A DNA stretch of 63,080 bases, filler included, from Globobulimina sp. (GCA_003354225.1; 56 parts of 56 records of this genome joined end to end with filler, not necessarily neighbours in it), one strand, 5' to 3'; shown: positions 10,163 to 22,479, numbered from the whole stretch's first letter. The notes: generated by a model not told the origin, from the sequence alone. Numbers and translations: made by a program.

Positions 10163-11086
10163 ATTTGTATCAAATTATGCGGCCCAACCTCCACCACACT
10201 CCATGTTGAAGTAGCAACTAATTTTTGTAAGGATGGCGGCATAATTATCCAATTTGATAATTCAAAGCAATATGGTGGGCGCGAACCATTATTGGATGTT
10301 TCATGGATTTCAAGGTATCCGCACGAATCTGAAAGGCTTTTCTTTTCGGGCAGGGAAGGCTCAGACGGTGTGCGAGTTGCATCAATAAGGGTTCTTAAAG
10401 AGGAGAAATGGTATAATTATATTGGTTTTATGGGATTATATTGGTTGGATTCTCTTGTAAACGGTGCGGAACATTATGTAACAGATATTGGTTGGAATAA
10501 AAAGGATAAACAAGTTGTTAAACAATGTATAAATGTAACATTGGGAGATGAGAACCTGGATAATAATATTGATCAGTTTCTAGTACATCAATTTCAAACA
10601 TTTGTAGCAAGTAAAAAGGAAATCAGGTTAAAATTATTTTATTTGGATAGCAAAGATTATTATGGTACATATGAAGATATGGTAAAGATTGTGATGTTAT
10701 CATTGAAGAAAGATAATTATAAATCAAATGAGATGGTATGGAAAGCTGAAAGTGATGCAAATGTACCCAATTTCCAGATCCTTAGAATGTTCCGAAATGT
10801 GCGACATATTACGATATATACAACGTCGAGTCCTAAGCAAAAATATAAATCATATTCAATTGGAATGAAATCATTATTTAATAACATTAAATTGAATATG
10901 AATGTGAATATGAACCATGACGTAAAATATAAAATTATTGCTGAGAGAAATAAATCTGGATGGAGTTGGATATTGGATTTAAGTGCAAGCACAAGTCAAT
11001 TCGTTCCAGATTCCATCAAAATGAAGTTAACATTTAAACTAAATCAAAATCAAAATGGACGAGATATTATGACATTTGAAATGTAA
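10163..11086 (+). CDS. ADP-ribosyltransferase-like (R-S-E clade) domain protein, C-terminal part
   Basis: GPTSTT...VATNF...GIIIQF...DVSWISRYPHESERLF contains an STS-like motif and an ExE catalytic loop. Confidence 0.7.
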   Translation: MCIKLCGPTSTTLHVEVATNFCKDGGIIIQFDNSKQYGGREPLLDVSWISRYPHESERLFFSGREGSDGVRVASIRVLKEEKWYNYIGFMGLYWLDSLVNGAEHYVTDIGWNKKDKQVVKQCINVTLGDENLDNNIDQFLVHQFQTFVASKKEIRLKLFYLDSKDYYGTYEDMVKIVMLSLKKDNYKSNEMVWKAESDANVPNFQILRMFRNVRHITIYTTSSPKQKYKSYSIGMKSLFNNIKLNMNVNMNHDVKYKIIAERNKSGWSWILDLSASTSQFVPDSIKMKLTFKLNQNQNGRDIMTFEM

Positions 11087-11291
11087 AAAAAATGAATATT
11101 GTTTTGTGTTGATTATTTTTTGTGAACATTTTCTACGTTAACCGGATATCTCTTTGAGTGTGCAATGTTTCTGTGTAAGGGAGTATATCANNNNNNNNNN
11201 NNNNNNNNNNNNNNNNNNNNNNNNNNNNNNNNNNTTAATTAATTAANNNNNNNNNNNNNNNNNNNNNNNNNNNNNNNNNNNNNNNNNNNNA

Positions 11292-12319
11292 CATATTTTT
11301 TATCCACCAGTTATTCATGAAATATTTGATCCCATTTTGCCAAATAATAAATTGCATACAGAAGAAGAAAATGACAGAATCAAAGAAGCGCAAAATATAT
11401 GCAATCAGCAAAATTGTTGTCGTGAAGACGATGATAAATTATATGCGTCCAATCCACAGCAATCAGCCTGTCCAACCCTTGATTATTTACAATGTTTATC
11501 GACTGAGAATGAATGTGTTTGGGATTGTTTATTACCGCAAGAAAATAATGACAATGCTATACATTTTAAACGTGTATTTAAAGGCATTGATCGCCGCATT
11601 GCCCATAAAATTGAACATCCTCAAACCACAAAAGAGAAAGAAACCGCCACTGCGAATGAAATAAATATGGATTATTTATCTTTAGCTGCAATGGATGAAT
11701 GTGGCACAGTCTATGAATATGAATTGACGAATGATGCAATGGAGCAAGAATATGCCAATATTTTAGTAAACCCATTTCCGAAAAAAGCAGTGGAAGCAAG
11801 TGAAGCAACTATCGGTGGGCATCGTAGATTGCGTAGAGCCACCAAACCAGGTGAAATGAATGAAGATATGCGTCGTAAATTGGGTGTGTTGGGTGTGGAC
11901 CGCCGAGTTGATGTAACAGCGAATGTGTCGCCATATAATAAGAATGTTTTCATTTTATTCGATACGTATGAAGGTACAATGAGATGTTCGGGTTCCCTGA
12001 TATCGCCAAAGCATGTCCTAACGGCTGGACATTGTGTATCTGATGGGACTGGTGCTTATTTTTGGAATTTTAAAGTTTATCCAGCTTATAATGTGGGGAA
12101 CACAGAGACCTATTTTACAGCTCAACAGGTGGTGGCTTTTGTTGGTTGGCATTATCACGGCGATTGGAATTGGGATATGTCAATAATTACTCTTCAAACA
12201 GCAGATACGGGATATGGATGGTTTTCGTTTGGTTATAATAATTATATCACCACATCGTCTGTGTTTGGCGTGAATGGCTATCCCGTGGACAAAGGCGAAG
12301 TGCTGCAACATCAATGGAT
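11292..12319 (+). CDS. Trypsin-like (glutamyl endopeptidase/V8-like) serine protease with a Cys-rich N-terminal region, partial
   Basis: CSGSLISPKHVLTAGHCV (catalytic His), WDMSIITL (Asp) and GYPVDK. Confidence 0.88.
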
Positions 12320-12682
12320 NNNNNNNNNNNNNNNNNNNNNNNNNNNNNNNNNNNNNNNNNNNNTTAATTAATTAANNNNNNNNNNNNNNNNNNNNNNNNN
12401 NNNNNNNNNNNNNNNNNNNGTTTCTGTTCCTTGTCATTTTCCCGTTGGTGACCCACACGTGGTGACTCAGTTGCTTTTGCGTTGGTGAGGATAACACTGT
12501 GTTGGGCCGTGGTGGTTCAACTGTACCAAATAGCGGAACCGATGTTGGCTCCATGCTCGACATTGGGCATTTAATGTCGGGCATTTAATGTTACGTTTTT
12601 AGACTGCCGCAAATCTGTTTCACAACTACAAAAGCTCCACACTTATGTTCCGCAAAAAAGGTGCCCTTTCTCGCAAAATAAT

Positions 12683-13054
12683 TTATGTTTCTTCCTCAAC
12701 GGCGCCGGCGGCTTCTCGAATTTCTTTAATATTCATTTGATTATATCCATGATCTCGACATTTAAAAATATCGCATTCTTCAGCCATTAATAAATCGCAT
12801 TCCAATAAATTCAATCCAATGTCCCCACGAACGCATGCTACGCTGTACCATATGTCACAGCCGTCTATATTTTAAAAATAATATGTTTTTATAGTTTATA
12901 TATAAAAAAAATAGATTATACCATGTGTGCATTCGATCCAATCGCCCGCAATGTCATGCTCCTCTTCACAGCATCCTTGTTTAAATTCTTCTTTATTGCC
13001 ATCCAATCGTTTGATCCAATTCTCGCAAGGATCGTTTCCTTTACGTTTTGCCAT
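12683..13054 (-). CDS. Small PHD-finger-like protein, two exons (intron 12865-12921; not in the ORF track)
   Basis: Removing a 57-bp GT-AG intron gives MAKRKG..GCCEEEH..DWIECTHDGCDIWYSVACV..IFKCRDH..EEET*. Confidence 0.7.
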
Positions 13055-13294
13055 ATTAATAAATGACTTTTAACGCTGTCGACTGAGTTTGTACTGAAGT
13101 TATCGAACTGATTAGAAAAAAAAAGGGTGTTTGAAAAGTTTTTTAAAAATTCAGTACATATCGGACACCCCTAATGATTATGAAAAGAAACTGAGCGACA
13201 ATGATTTTGACAATTAGTATAAATAAATCTTTCATACATAATTTTTCCAATCGCTTAGTAAAATGCGCAGATTGGAAATGATAATTTTTTTAAT

Positions 13295-13336
13295 TCTCTC
13301 CAGCTGGATTCGAACCAGCGACCTAGGGATTACAGT
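13295..13336 (-). tRNA. 3' half of a tRNA-Tyr (truncated pseudogene)
   Basis: Minus strand ACTGTAATCCCTAGGTCGCTGGTTCGAATCCAGCTGGAGAGA has an intact T-arm and a variable loop like eukaryotic tRNA-Tyr. The 5' half is absent. Confidence 0.75.
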
Positions 13337-13350
13337 AGTGTTCCCGATAA
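13331..13350 (+). mobile_element. Second copy of the TA-CAGTAGTGTTCCCGATAA terminal repeat
   Basis: Identical to 9367-9386. Confidence 0.65.
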
Positions 13351-13548
13351 GAGGTACGCATATTAGTACTAATATATATATATATTAGTTACTAATATAT
13401 TTATATTCTGGAGCACATGTCACGCATTTTTTTACTAATATATAATATNNNNNNNNNNNNNNNNNNNNNNNNNNNNNNNNNNNNNNNNNNNNTTAATTAA
13501 TTAANNNNNNNNNNNNNNNNNNNNNNNNNNNNNNNNNNNNNNNNNNNN

Positions 13549-14577
13549 GAACAAGTTGCTGCTGTTGCGGATGATAAAAAGGATGAAACAGCACCAAGCT
13601 TAAGCCTACAAGATGTAATCGATACGTTATTACAAACTGAAACATTTATAAATGATACAATAAAAACTGTGGAAGAAGCATGCGGAAAAGTTGAAGCATC
13701 AGTTGTGGCATATGGTGTAGTGGCAGATGATAAAAAAGATGAAGCAGAAGAAAAGGCAGTACCGGAAGCAGAAGCAGAAGAAAAAGAGGAACCCGCGCAA
13801 AGCGTATCTACAAAAGAATGATGTTGTGGAGGAACCAAAAGAGAAACAACCAGAACCAGAACAAAAAGAAGCAGCTGTGGGAGAAGCAAAAGTTGAGGGA
13901 GATTATAAAAAAGAATCATTTGAATCATTTGAATTAGTATTAAATGTGCGAGAAATTAGTTTTGTTCTATTTGAATTATTAGACTGTATTGCCATGAATT
14001 CATTGATTGAGCTAAATTTGGTGTCATTGGACAGCGCTAACAAAGCATTAATAAATGATCGTCAGATTAAAACAGTAACAAATTTATGGAACGAAACAAA
14101 AATCAATTACGATTTCGAACTCTGAATGTCACCGTTCCTCACAAAATGAGCTCTACATTGGATTCTTTATTAGAACAAGTTTTAGATAAAGAGTTTGGTT
14201 ATGCGTATTCTGGCAACAATTTAAGAGAAATTGTGAGGAAAAATAATGAAAATATGGATGTATCAGTATTGGATCCACAAAATTATCCGTTGGATCACAA
14301 GTTTTCGTTTGACAATGAACTCTGTCTTAAAATGATATTACTCACCGTAGCCATGGAACATGTGGACAGCATTTTTGATATCCATGGTGCAGTTCGGCGT
14401 ATTCTTAAGCAATCTCATTTGAATTATAATGTTATCCGAGAAGTTTGGTACAAACGATTTATTCGACATGATTTAGTCGATCAGTTTACTCGGCGCAAGG
14501 AAGTGGCACCGGTACAATTAAGGGGATTGAAGCATACATTTGATACTGTATTGATTGGTGATGCGGATTCTGATGAG
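13549..14577 (+). pseudogene. Acidic/helical protein with two frameshifts (~13815, ~14120)
   Basis: Protein-like sequence continues across three frames, and a single-A indel repairs each shift. Confidence 0.6.
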
Positions 14578-14677
14578 NNNNNNNNNNNNNNNNNNNNNNN
14601 NNNNNNNNNNNNNNNNNNNNNTTAATTAATTAANNNNNNNNNNNNNNNNNNNNNNNNNNNNNNNNNNNNNNNNNNNN

Positions 14678-14982
14678 TTGCGCGATTCAGGGAATTCGAC
14701 TTTTTTAGTGTCGTCGTCATTGGCGGTGGCATCTGGCGCTGCTTCTTCGTTTTTAGCTGATTCATCAGTTGGTTCGGTGCGTGCTTCGGATTGCACGGGC
14801 GGCGCGTCGTCTTTTTTGGCATCCTCGGCGTCTGCGATCACGATGTCGCCGTCTTCGTCTTTGGTTGGCTCAGGGGGCGGTACTGCGTCTTTGACGGGTT
14901 GTTGTGCGGCTGGTTCAGTGGGTGCTTGGTCCGCTGAGGGCTGTGCTTCCACTACTTCTACCTTTGGTGCTTCTTCTGCCAT
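14678..14982 (-). CDS. Acidic Pro/Ala-rich N-terminus of an unknown protein
   Basis: MAEEAPKVEVVEAQP...; GC-richer codons than the flanking DNA. Confidence 0.6.
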
Positions 14983-15426
14983 GTTTGTGTAAGAGAGAAG
15001 TTGGTTTAATTGGTTGTGTAGCGTGTAATGGTCGAAAAGAGAGTTGGAAAATGTGTGTTAAGTTAAAAAACATCCTCGCACCACATTTGTGAAAAATATC
15101 ATATTTGGGTTATTGCTTTACATTTGCACACATGCAAAACATTTGTATACATGCAAAAATATTGGAAAAGCAATAATAAAAATCCACCTTGCGCTATTCT
15201 AGAGGCTATTTTGCTATAAATCAAAATTATAATCAGGAACAGCCAGATAAACAGGCAAAAGATTTATTTATACAGCCGTATTTCATTAAGAGGCACGAAA
15301 TCCTGATACATATGCGATACATATATATGTATTCCATCCAGAAATAGTGTCAAAGTTATAGAAGTCCAGAAATTCATAAAAAAAAACATTATGAAAAACT
15401 AGTGAGCGCAATAAAGACAGAGAGTT

Positions 15427-15706
15427 ATGGAAAGAGAGTTATTATCATTATTAAAAGTGGAGAATAAAGGATGGAATATGACATTATTTAATGATGTAAA
15501 TAAAATGTCAGTTTGTTTATGTGCAAGTTGTGGTTTTGTATGTTGTGATGCAGTCGAATTAGATTGTGATCATAAAGAATATGAAGATATATTTTTATAT
15601 TGTAAACAATGTTTAATTCATTTAATTCAACAGAATGAGAATAAATGTATTATTAATTCACATATTAATCCACAAATAACTGCAAGTAAAGCAAATAGAA
15701 GACAAG
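15427..15706 (+). CDS. N-terminal RING-like finger (TRAF-type arrangement), partial
   Basis: CASC..VCCDAVELDCDH...YCKQCL..NKCIINSH. Confidence 0.65.
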
Positions 15707-16061
15707 NNNNNNNNNNNNNNNNNNNNNNNNNNNNNNNNNNNNNNNNNNNNTTAATTAATTAANNNNNNNNNNNNNNNNNNNNNNNNNNNNNNNNNNNNNN
15801 NNNNNNTTGAAAGAGTACTATGAGGTAACACATACAAATGAAGAAAAGCAAAGTAATAACAAAGACAATGAAACTAATGAGAGTGATGTTGATGATATGA
15901 GTTTAGGTTCTATTGCTGGAAAACTTGTCAATTTAATGCACTGATTTTTATATTGTCCTTTTTTTTTGCAAAGTCGCTTCATGGGATAAGACAATAAATA
16001 AATAAACCATTTGCCAACACCATGAATAAATCAAAATTAACATTATGAGCATGCTACAACG

Positions 16062-16835
16062 TTGCATATTGAAGCAATTATTGTACAAAGAATAATCCAG
16101 AAACAAATGTTAACGCAACTCATCGGAGCCAAACAACGCGAAGCCAGAATCTGGTTTGCCGGATTAAAAGGATCTGGTAAAACATCTGCAATCTACAAAC
16201 TTAAACTTGGACAATGTATTGTACGCAAAACAGAAACAATGTCTGTCATTCAAGAAACATTCGAATATAGAAAAATTAGACTTTTACTCTGGGAAATCGG
16301 CAATATATCATATTGTCATGAAAAAGGAGATGACACATATACCAAAGATATGAAACACATCATCTGGAAACATTATTATACATCGACAGAAATCATCGTA
16401 TTCTTCATTGACAGCACAGATAAGGACAAAATATTGCAATCAAAGGCAGAATTACAAGATATTGCACAACAAAAAGCATTAAATGATGTGCCAATTATTG
16501 TATTTTGCAACAAACAAGACACAGATTCAGATGCTGTGCATGCTTTAACTGCTATCTCCGAAATGATTGATGCAGAAAATATATTTTCAGAAACAGATGA
16601 AGTAACTTATAATCATCATCCATTGATTGTAATTGGTGGATCCACCCAAAGAGGCGATGGATTATTTGAATTATTAGACTGTATACACAATTTATTAAAT
16701 AACACCGGTACCATACATTCACCACAAAAAGAAGAAGAAAAACTTGATATTACTCATATTAATGATGCTGAATCCAAAGACGTCGCAAATTGGTTGGAAC
16801 GTGAAAGGAAACAGGACGACGAGGCATTTATTGAA
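16062..16835 (+). CDS. Divergent Arf-family GTPase with a C-terminal extension, partial
   Basis: G1 GLKGSGKT, WEIG in place of WDVGG, IWKHYY, FFIDSTD, NKQD, GDGLFELLD. Confidence 0.85.
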
Positions 16836-17175
16836 NNNNNNNNNNNNNNNNNNNNNNNNNNNNNNNNNNNNNNNNNNNNTTAATTAATTAANNNNNNNNN
16901 NNNNNNNNNNNNNNNNNNNNNNNNNNNNNNNNNNNCCCGGATCCAAACGAGACAGAATTGCCTGAGGCTATGGAATGGGAAGGTGATTATAAAAATAGGC
17001 TATGGAATCGCGATCCAAATATGGATGATTGGAAAGATGACAGAGTCACCCATGATTTACTGTAACTTAACAGTTTTTTGTTGTTGCATGCTGTCCTATC
17101 CTTGCACAACACGCAGAATTAAGCAAAATCAAATTCAAACACAAACATTTTTTTTGAGATGGAGTAAATAAAATA

Positions 17176-17640
17176 TCAGAAAACATTATTTTGAACAAGA
17201 GATAATATTTTGGTGAAATGGATGGTTGTATCAGTTTTTGGATCAAAGCCAGCGTCTTTTAAAATAGTTTGCAATTCGTCTTTGGTTAATTTATGGCCCA
17301 ATGTCATCAATGCATGCTTGAATTTATCGATTTTAATAAAGCCATTTTCATCCACAAACATTTCAAATGCCGCAGAAATTTGAGAATCTCGAATTTCAAT
17401 GGAATGCGCACGATTTACATATTCAGTGAATAACTCATAGGTTAATTGTCCTTTATATTCTACCTCGGCTTCATGCTTCAATTGATTTAATTGATCATCG
17501 GTACAACGAATGCCACAACTTCTTATCGCATCTGATAAATCATCAGACGACATTATTCCCGATGATTTTTTGTCATAAACTTGAAAGATTTGTTGGATTT
17601 GTTTTTCCCATTGTTCATCGACTTCCGTATCCTGTGCCAT
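17176..17640 (-). CDS. Calmodulin/myosin light chain-like EF-hand protein
   Basis: 154 aa with FQVYDKKSSG, AAFEMF.DENGFI and LMTLGHKLTKDEL; the Ca-binding loops are degenerate. Confidence 0.88.
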   Translation of the reverse strand: MAQDTEVDEQWEKQIQQIFQVYDKKSSGIMSSDDLSDAIRSCGIRCTDDQLNQLKHEAEVEYKGQLTYELFTEYVNRAHSIEIRDSQISAAFEMFVDENGFIKIDKFKHALMTLGHKLTKDELQTILKDAGFDPKTDTTIHFTKILSLVQNNVF

Positions 17641-18399
17641 CTGTTAGTTCCAAGGTTTTTCTAAGTAAACGAAAACGAAAATGATAATGAATAAATAAAT
17701 TTGCATTTTCACATTTAAATGATAGACATAAAAAAAAATACAGATAATATAATTGATACTTTTAAATTTAATTCAATTTATTAATGTATTTATTCTGGAC
17801 CACACATCAAAAAAATTGCAGACACACAAACAAAAACACTTTATTGCTTTTTATATAACATTGAAACGCAGCATGACGTTGTTTGTATATATTAATATCA
17901 TATTAACATATATTGATTTTTTATAATATGCATATTGCAAACAATTCGTTATTTATTCCACGGTNNNNNNNNNNNNNNNNNNNNNNNNNNNNNNNNNNNN
18001 NNNNNNNNTTAATTAATTAANNNNNNNNNNNNNNNNNNNNNNNNNNNNNNNNNNNNNNNNNNNNATTTATATAATTATGTATTTAAAAATTAGTATTAGT
18101 TTTCTTTTTCCATTTTTTATGGTTTTTTCTTTCTATAAATTAGGAATTTCTTTTCCCATTATTATGGGTTTTTCTTTAATTCTAAAATTATGATATTTGC
18201 ATTTCTTGTTATTTATGATGATAATGTATTGTACATACTTCTATGATAGGTACTTGAATATTACATGTTATTTTTTGTTATGTCACTTCCTTTTGTTGTC
18301 GGGAGTGACGATATTAGCATATCGTAGATTTATTTTGTTTGTACATAAATTTGCATAGTACGTGTTTAGGATTTCCAGTTACAGTCAGAGAGACGCGTG

Positions 18400-19093
18400 T
18401 GTAGAAAAGCAACCTTTACTAAAGTCTATTCCAAAATTACGTGCAATGGCGGTTTTTTGCGTTTTTCTATTTTTTTACGTGGTCTGATCAAAAAACTTTC
18501 TGTACAAAAGTTGTTCCCCTATCGGACGCCGACTTTGATCTGAAGTTAGTTGCCACAATTTCGAAAATGGGTACCAATTTTGATGAAACATAAAAAAAAC
18601 GGGTTTTCGTGATTTCCTCTAGGGTGAAAGTCGAATATACCATTCGATTCCTTTCATCAAGACGATCATTTTTGATGTCCTGGAAATTTTTCCAAAAATG
18701 CACCCCTGACCAGAAACGATCGATTTTCTGGGGTCGGGTATAGGTAAAAATGGCCAAAAAGGCCAAAATACGGTTTTAAGGGGCCAACACTATTAAAAAA
18801 CGTTCTAAACTGCTCAAAATCCCGCACGTATAAGAAACTTTTCATTCCGCATCGAATGACGCAAACCCCAGGTCTCTACGAGGCTCCGTTGTCGAGATAT
18901 GAGGTCTCGAAGCGAAAAAAGCCAAAATTTGGAACTTTGCCAAATAAAAACATTTTATACTGAAAAGTACTTCCTTATGGTAATTTTTGCCGTAGAATTC
19001 ATTTTTGATACTCTCGAGGTCCGTTGGACTCACTAAAAGGCACAAATGATTGATCATCCTGCATAAGTGGATTTTGTGATGGTATCAGATATA
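18400..19093. repeat. Probable non-autonomous DNA transposon-derived repeat
   Basis: Non-coding, CpG-richer than its flanks, with recurring motifs such as TCATTTTTGAT and CATTCG/CGAATG. Confidence 0.4.
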
Positions 19094-19193
19094 NNNNNNN
19101 NNNNNNNNNNNNNNNNNNNNNNNNNNNNNNNNNNNNNTTAATTAATTAANNNNNNNNNNNNNNNNNNNNNNNNNNNNNNNNNNNNNNNNNNNN

Positions 19194-19506
19194 AAATTAT
19201 GGGGTTGATAGCAGGCTTATTATCATTGTTTTGTTGTTGAATGTTGTCATTTTTAGGAGCATTTGGAGATGTTTGTTCATGATCAGGATTATGTGTAATT
19301 TGTTTGCGTTGTTGTTGAATCTCGCACTTTGCAGTTTGTAATATCTGATTGTCCTCATCACTGTCGCCTGTTGTTATTACAATACGAAATGTCGGTATGG
19401 CGGATGGATCAATTATTTCATCACGAGATGGTATTGGTGGATCGTCGTGAGGTGAATGTACTTGGTCCGGTGTTAACGAGCCATCTAGAGAAGTACTATC
19501 AGTCAT
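19194..19506 (-). CDS. Low-complexity N-terminus of an unknown protein
   Basis: ATG-initiated ORF running off the contig. Confidence 0.4.
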
Positions 19507-19979
19507 TGTTCTTATAAAATGTTCTTTAAATAAAATGTTAGTAACCCTTACAGTTTTTGTTTTTTTAATTTACCTGGTACTTTTATCATATTTTCTGCTG
19601 CCAAAACGCACAAACATGTCGTCACTGTTACTTGTCTGCGCCATCATTATATGGTGTTCATATGCACTTTTCCCAGATATGTTGGAACATGGTACAAATA
19701 TACATTTTACAAATCCAGCAGTAGGTGTATCACACCAACTATCTGAGGCATATAGTGTGATTCGAATGGATTTTTCATGGTCCATATTGCATATATATTA
19801 TTATACCCATATCACACATAATTACATCAAATCAATATACTGTTATATATAGGTCAGGTACAGAAAAACAGAAAGGAGTTTACGATTTTTCAGCCTATGT
19901 TGTCCTAGATAACTGTCCTCCAGACGTTCACCGCAAGTTGCAAAGAGTGTGACAGCAGCCCGACAGGTTGTTGCTGTCA

Positions 19980-20186
19980 GGTGCAGGCTCTTGCGCTGAT
20001 GGTGGCGTTGGAGCAGGTGAACAGTGGCGTGATCTCCCTATACATCATGAGTGCAAGCTCCGAGTCCATGAGACTACTTAGACAGTTCAGAGCCATGCTT
20101 GGGATAACACACTCGCCTGACAAGTTTTTGAAGTCCTTAATGAAGATATTGGTTGTCAGCGGAACGAATGACCAAATATCTTTCAT
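19980..20186 (-). CDS. Adaptin large-subunit N-terminal fragment (AP-3 delta-like)
   Basis: LTTNIFIKDF...ALNCLSSLMDSELA...ITPLFTCSNATI resembles adaptin repeats. The GC-richer patch suggests a chimeric contig. Confidence 0.5.
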
Positions 20187-20468
20187 CTATATTTGTAAGG
20201 TCCAAACTGTCAACAAAAACAANNNNNNNNNNNNNNNNNNNNNNNNNNNNNNNNNNNNNNNNNNNNTTAATTAATTAANNNNNNNNNNNNNNNNNNNNNN
20301 NNNNNNNNNNNNNNNNNNNNNNGTTGTATTATTTGCAATTTTTTTACAATAAAAATTGCTTTTAAATTATAATAAGTTTATATCTTAGTTTTTTTCGAAA
20401 TTTCTGCATATTTGTTTATGCTCGCTTTATTTTATACAGCTAACTCAATTTTAATTTCGTCAGTTGCA

Positions 20469-21351
20469 TGTCGTCGTGGATATTATATTGCATCATAACC
20501 CTTTTAAGTTAACCATATACGATCCACAAGTCTGTATTATGGACAACTCATCGATAGTAATTTCAACATAAAACAAAACAAAAGTCTTTCCTTTCATTAC
20601 TATCTCCAATCAATGCAACAATCATATATTTATCCTCTTCAACCAAACATCCACAACAAACATTGACTCTTATCAATTTATATCCAAACTGCTCTCGCCA
20701 CCCCTTGCAAACCAATACGTTGACTCTCAACAGATCACAGTTGATTGTATACAAATCATTCACCGAACTGATACAAAATTCATCACTGAAACATATCCAA
20801 ACTGTCATAACTCGTCTTCTACAAACACCAAAAAACCAACTGATATAACCCGCCATCCGTATCCATTCACCACACAACAGATATACCACACACTCCGCAG
20901 CTCACTGTATCCACCCTCACCCAATACACTTCTCGTCCTATCCCTCCATCTCAATGCCATTCAATTGCTACAGATATCAAATAATATCACCGTACAGAAA
21001 ACATTCCATATCTATGACATTACTGCCCTACAAAAACATATATTTTGTATCAAGCCACAGCCACAGCAACAACCATTGCACCGACACTTGCTGCAGATAC
21101 CAACACCGTCACCAACAACCATCATACCATCAGTGACGCCTCCACCGGTTACAGATATACCAACACCCGAAAATACTGTATCTCCCACCATGCAACCAAC
21201 CATCCATACTATTCCACCCACAATCAATCCCACCTCAACTCCTACACTTACACCCACCGACAATCCTATTACAGCCTCACCAACACAACTACCAACCCGT
21301 GCACCTACAACAAATCCAAGCCAAACCCCAACTAATCGACCAACAGCATCA
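20469..21351 (+). pseudogene. Degenerate secreted protein with a PT-rich (PTxxPT) stalk
   Basis: The frame is open 20572-21351 and ends in PT repeats. There is an in-frame TAA at 20569, and the signal-peptide-like start lies in another frame. Confidence 0.5.
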
Positions 21352-21918
21352 NNNNNNNNNNNNNNNNNNNNNNNNNNNNNNNNNNNNNNNNNNNNTTAAT
21401 TAATTAANNNNNNNNNNNNNNNNNNNNNNNNNNNNNNNNNNNNNNNNNNNNAAACACAGAACAAATACAAGACAAATCTATAGCAAACTGTTTCTGGATT
21501 TGCAAAGAGTTTCTCAGATAATTGAATTAAATGTATACAACTTATCGACCAGGGGGGGGGTTATCTTTTGGAATATATCGTTTAAATAAATCTTTTCGTC
21601 ATTCACATTCGATGACCTATGTCAACTTCGAATACTAGGTTGAAAACCACTCTAGCTAACCCAAAAACTTTGCTATCGTTGAAATGGAACGAAACGAAAC
21701 TAAGCAAAAAAGTTAATTGCACGCCTGTCTAATGATCGACGAATTTTTATTTAGTTTGAAACAGATTATCTCACAATTATGTCAAATACAAAAAAGTTAA
21801 ACTTACGAACAATTTGATTATTTGCTGTAGGTTAAACACACAAAAGCAGCAAAAATCAAAATGAAATGAGAAATGTAAACACAATATTTTAGAATAGAAT
21901 TGTTATTGTACTCAATGC

Positions 21919-22479
21919 TCAATACAAACAAGATAATGATTGGGAATTTTCCACATAAACATGAATATATGACTGGACATACGATTGCAGCCTCTTCAAC
22001 TTATCAGATTTCGATTGCTTTTTGGCCATATCCTTTGTTATAATAAATGTGTTTAATGAATGGTACGGTGTCTTAATGACAATAATATTTCTCCCCTCAA
22101 TCTTCCTATACACACTGGACAACGCATTGATTATTACATTGATATGCTTTGATTTATATCTCGTGTCATATTCTTGCGGAATATGGAACGCAAATTCATG
22201 ACTTTCAGAGCATGACACTGTGATTGCGACAATCTCGAAAATATCTATCCTTCTCAATATTTTCTTAAATTTCTTAGTACCGTTTTTCAAGCAATTCAAA
22301 TGATAAACGGCCTTATTTGTGATCACCATAATTCTGTGTAGATGGTACATGTTCATATTGCATCTATAAATATATTGTATTCGTATACCTTTCCTGCTCT
22401 TTATGCCTTTTATTTATTTTAATTAATTCCACTGACAATGCGATATATTCTTCATTGGGGAAATTATCGCCGTACTTAG
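21919..22479 (-). CDS. Myosin-I tail (TH1) domain protein; intron 22334-22388
   Basis: Spliced sequence IKINKKGIKEQER-IMVITNKAVY..RRIDI..I.AITVS...EFAFHIPQEYD. Confidence 0.8.

Noticed and set aside
18488-19057. Short minus-strand ORFs
   Set aside because: No protein motifs; the region looks like a non-coding repeat.
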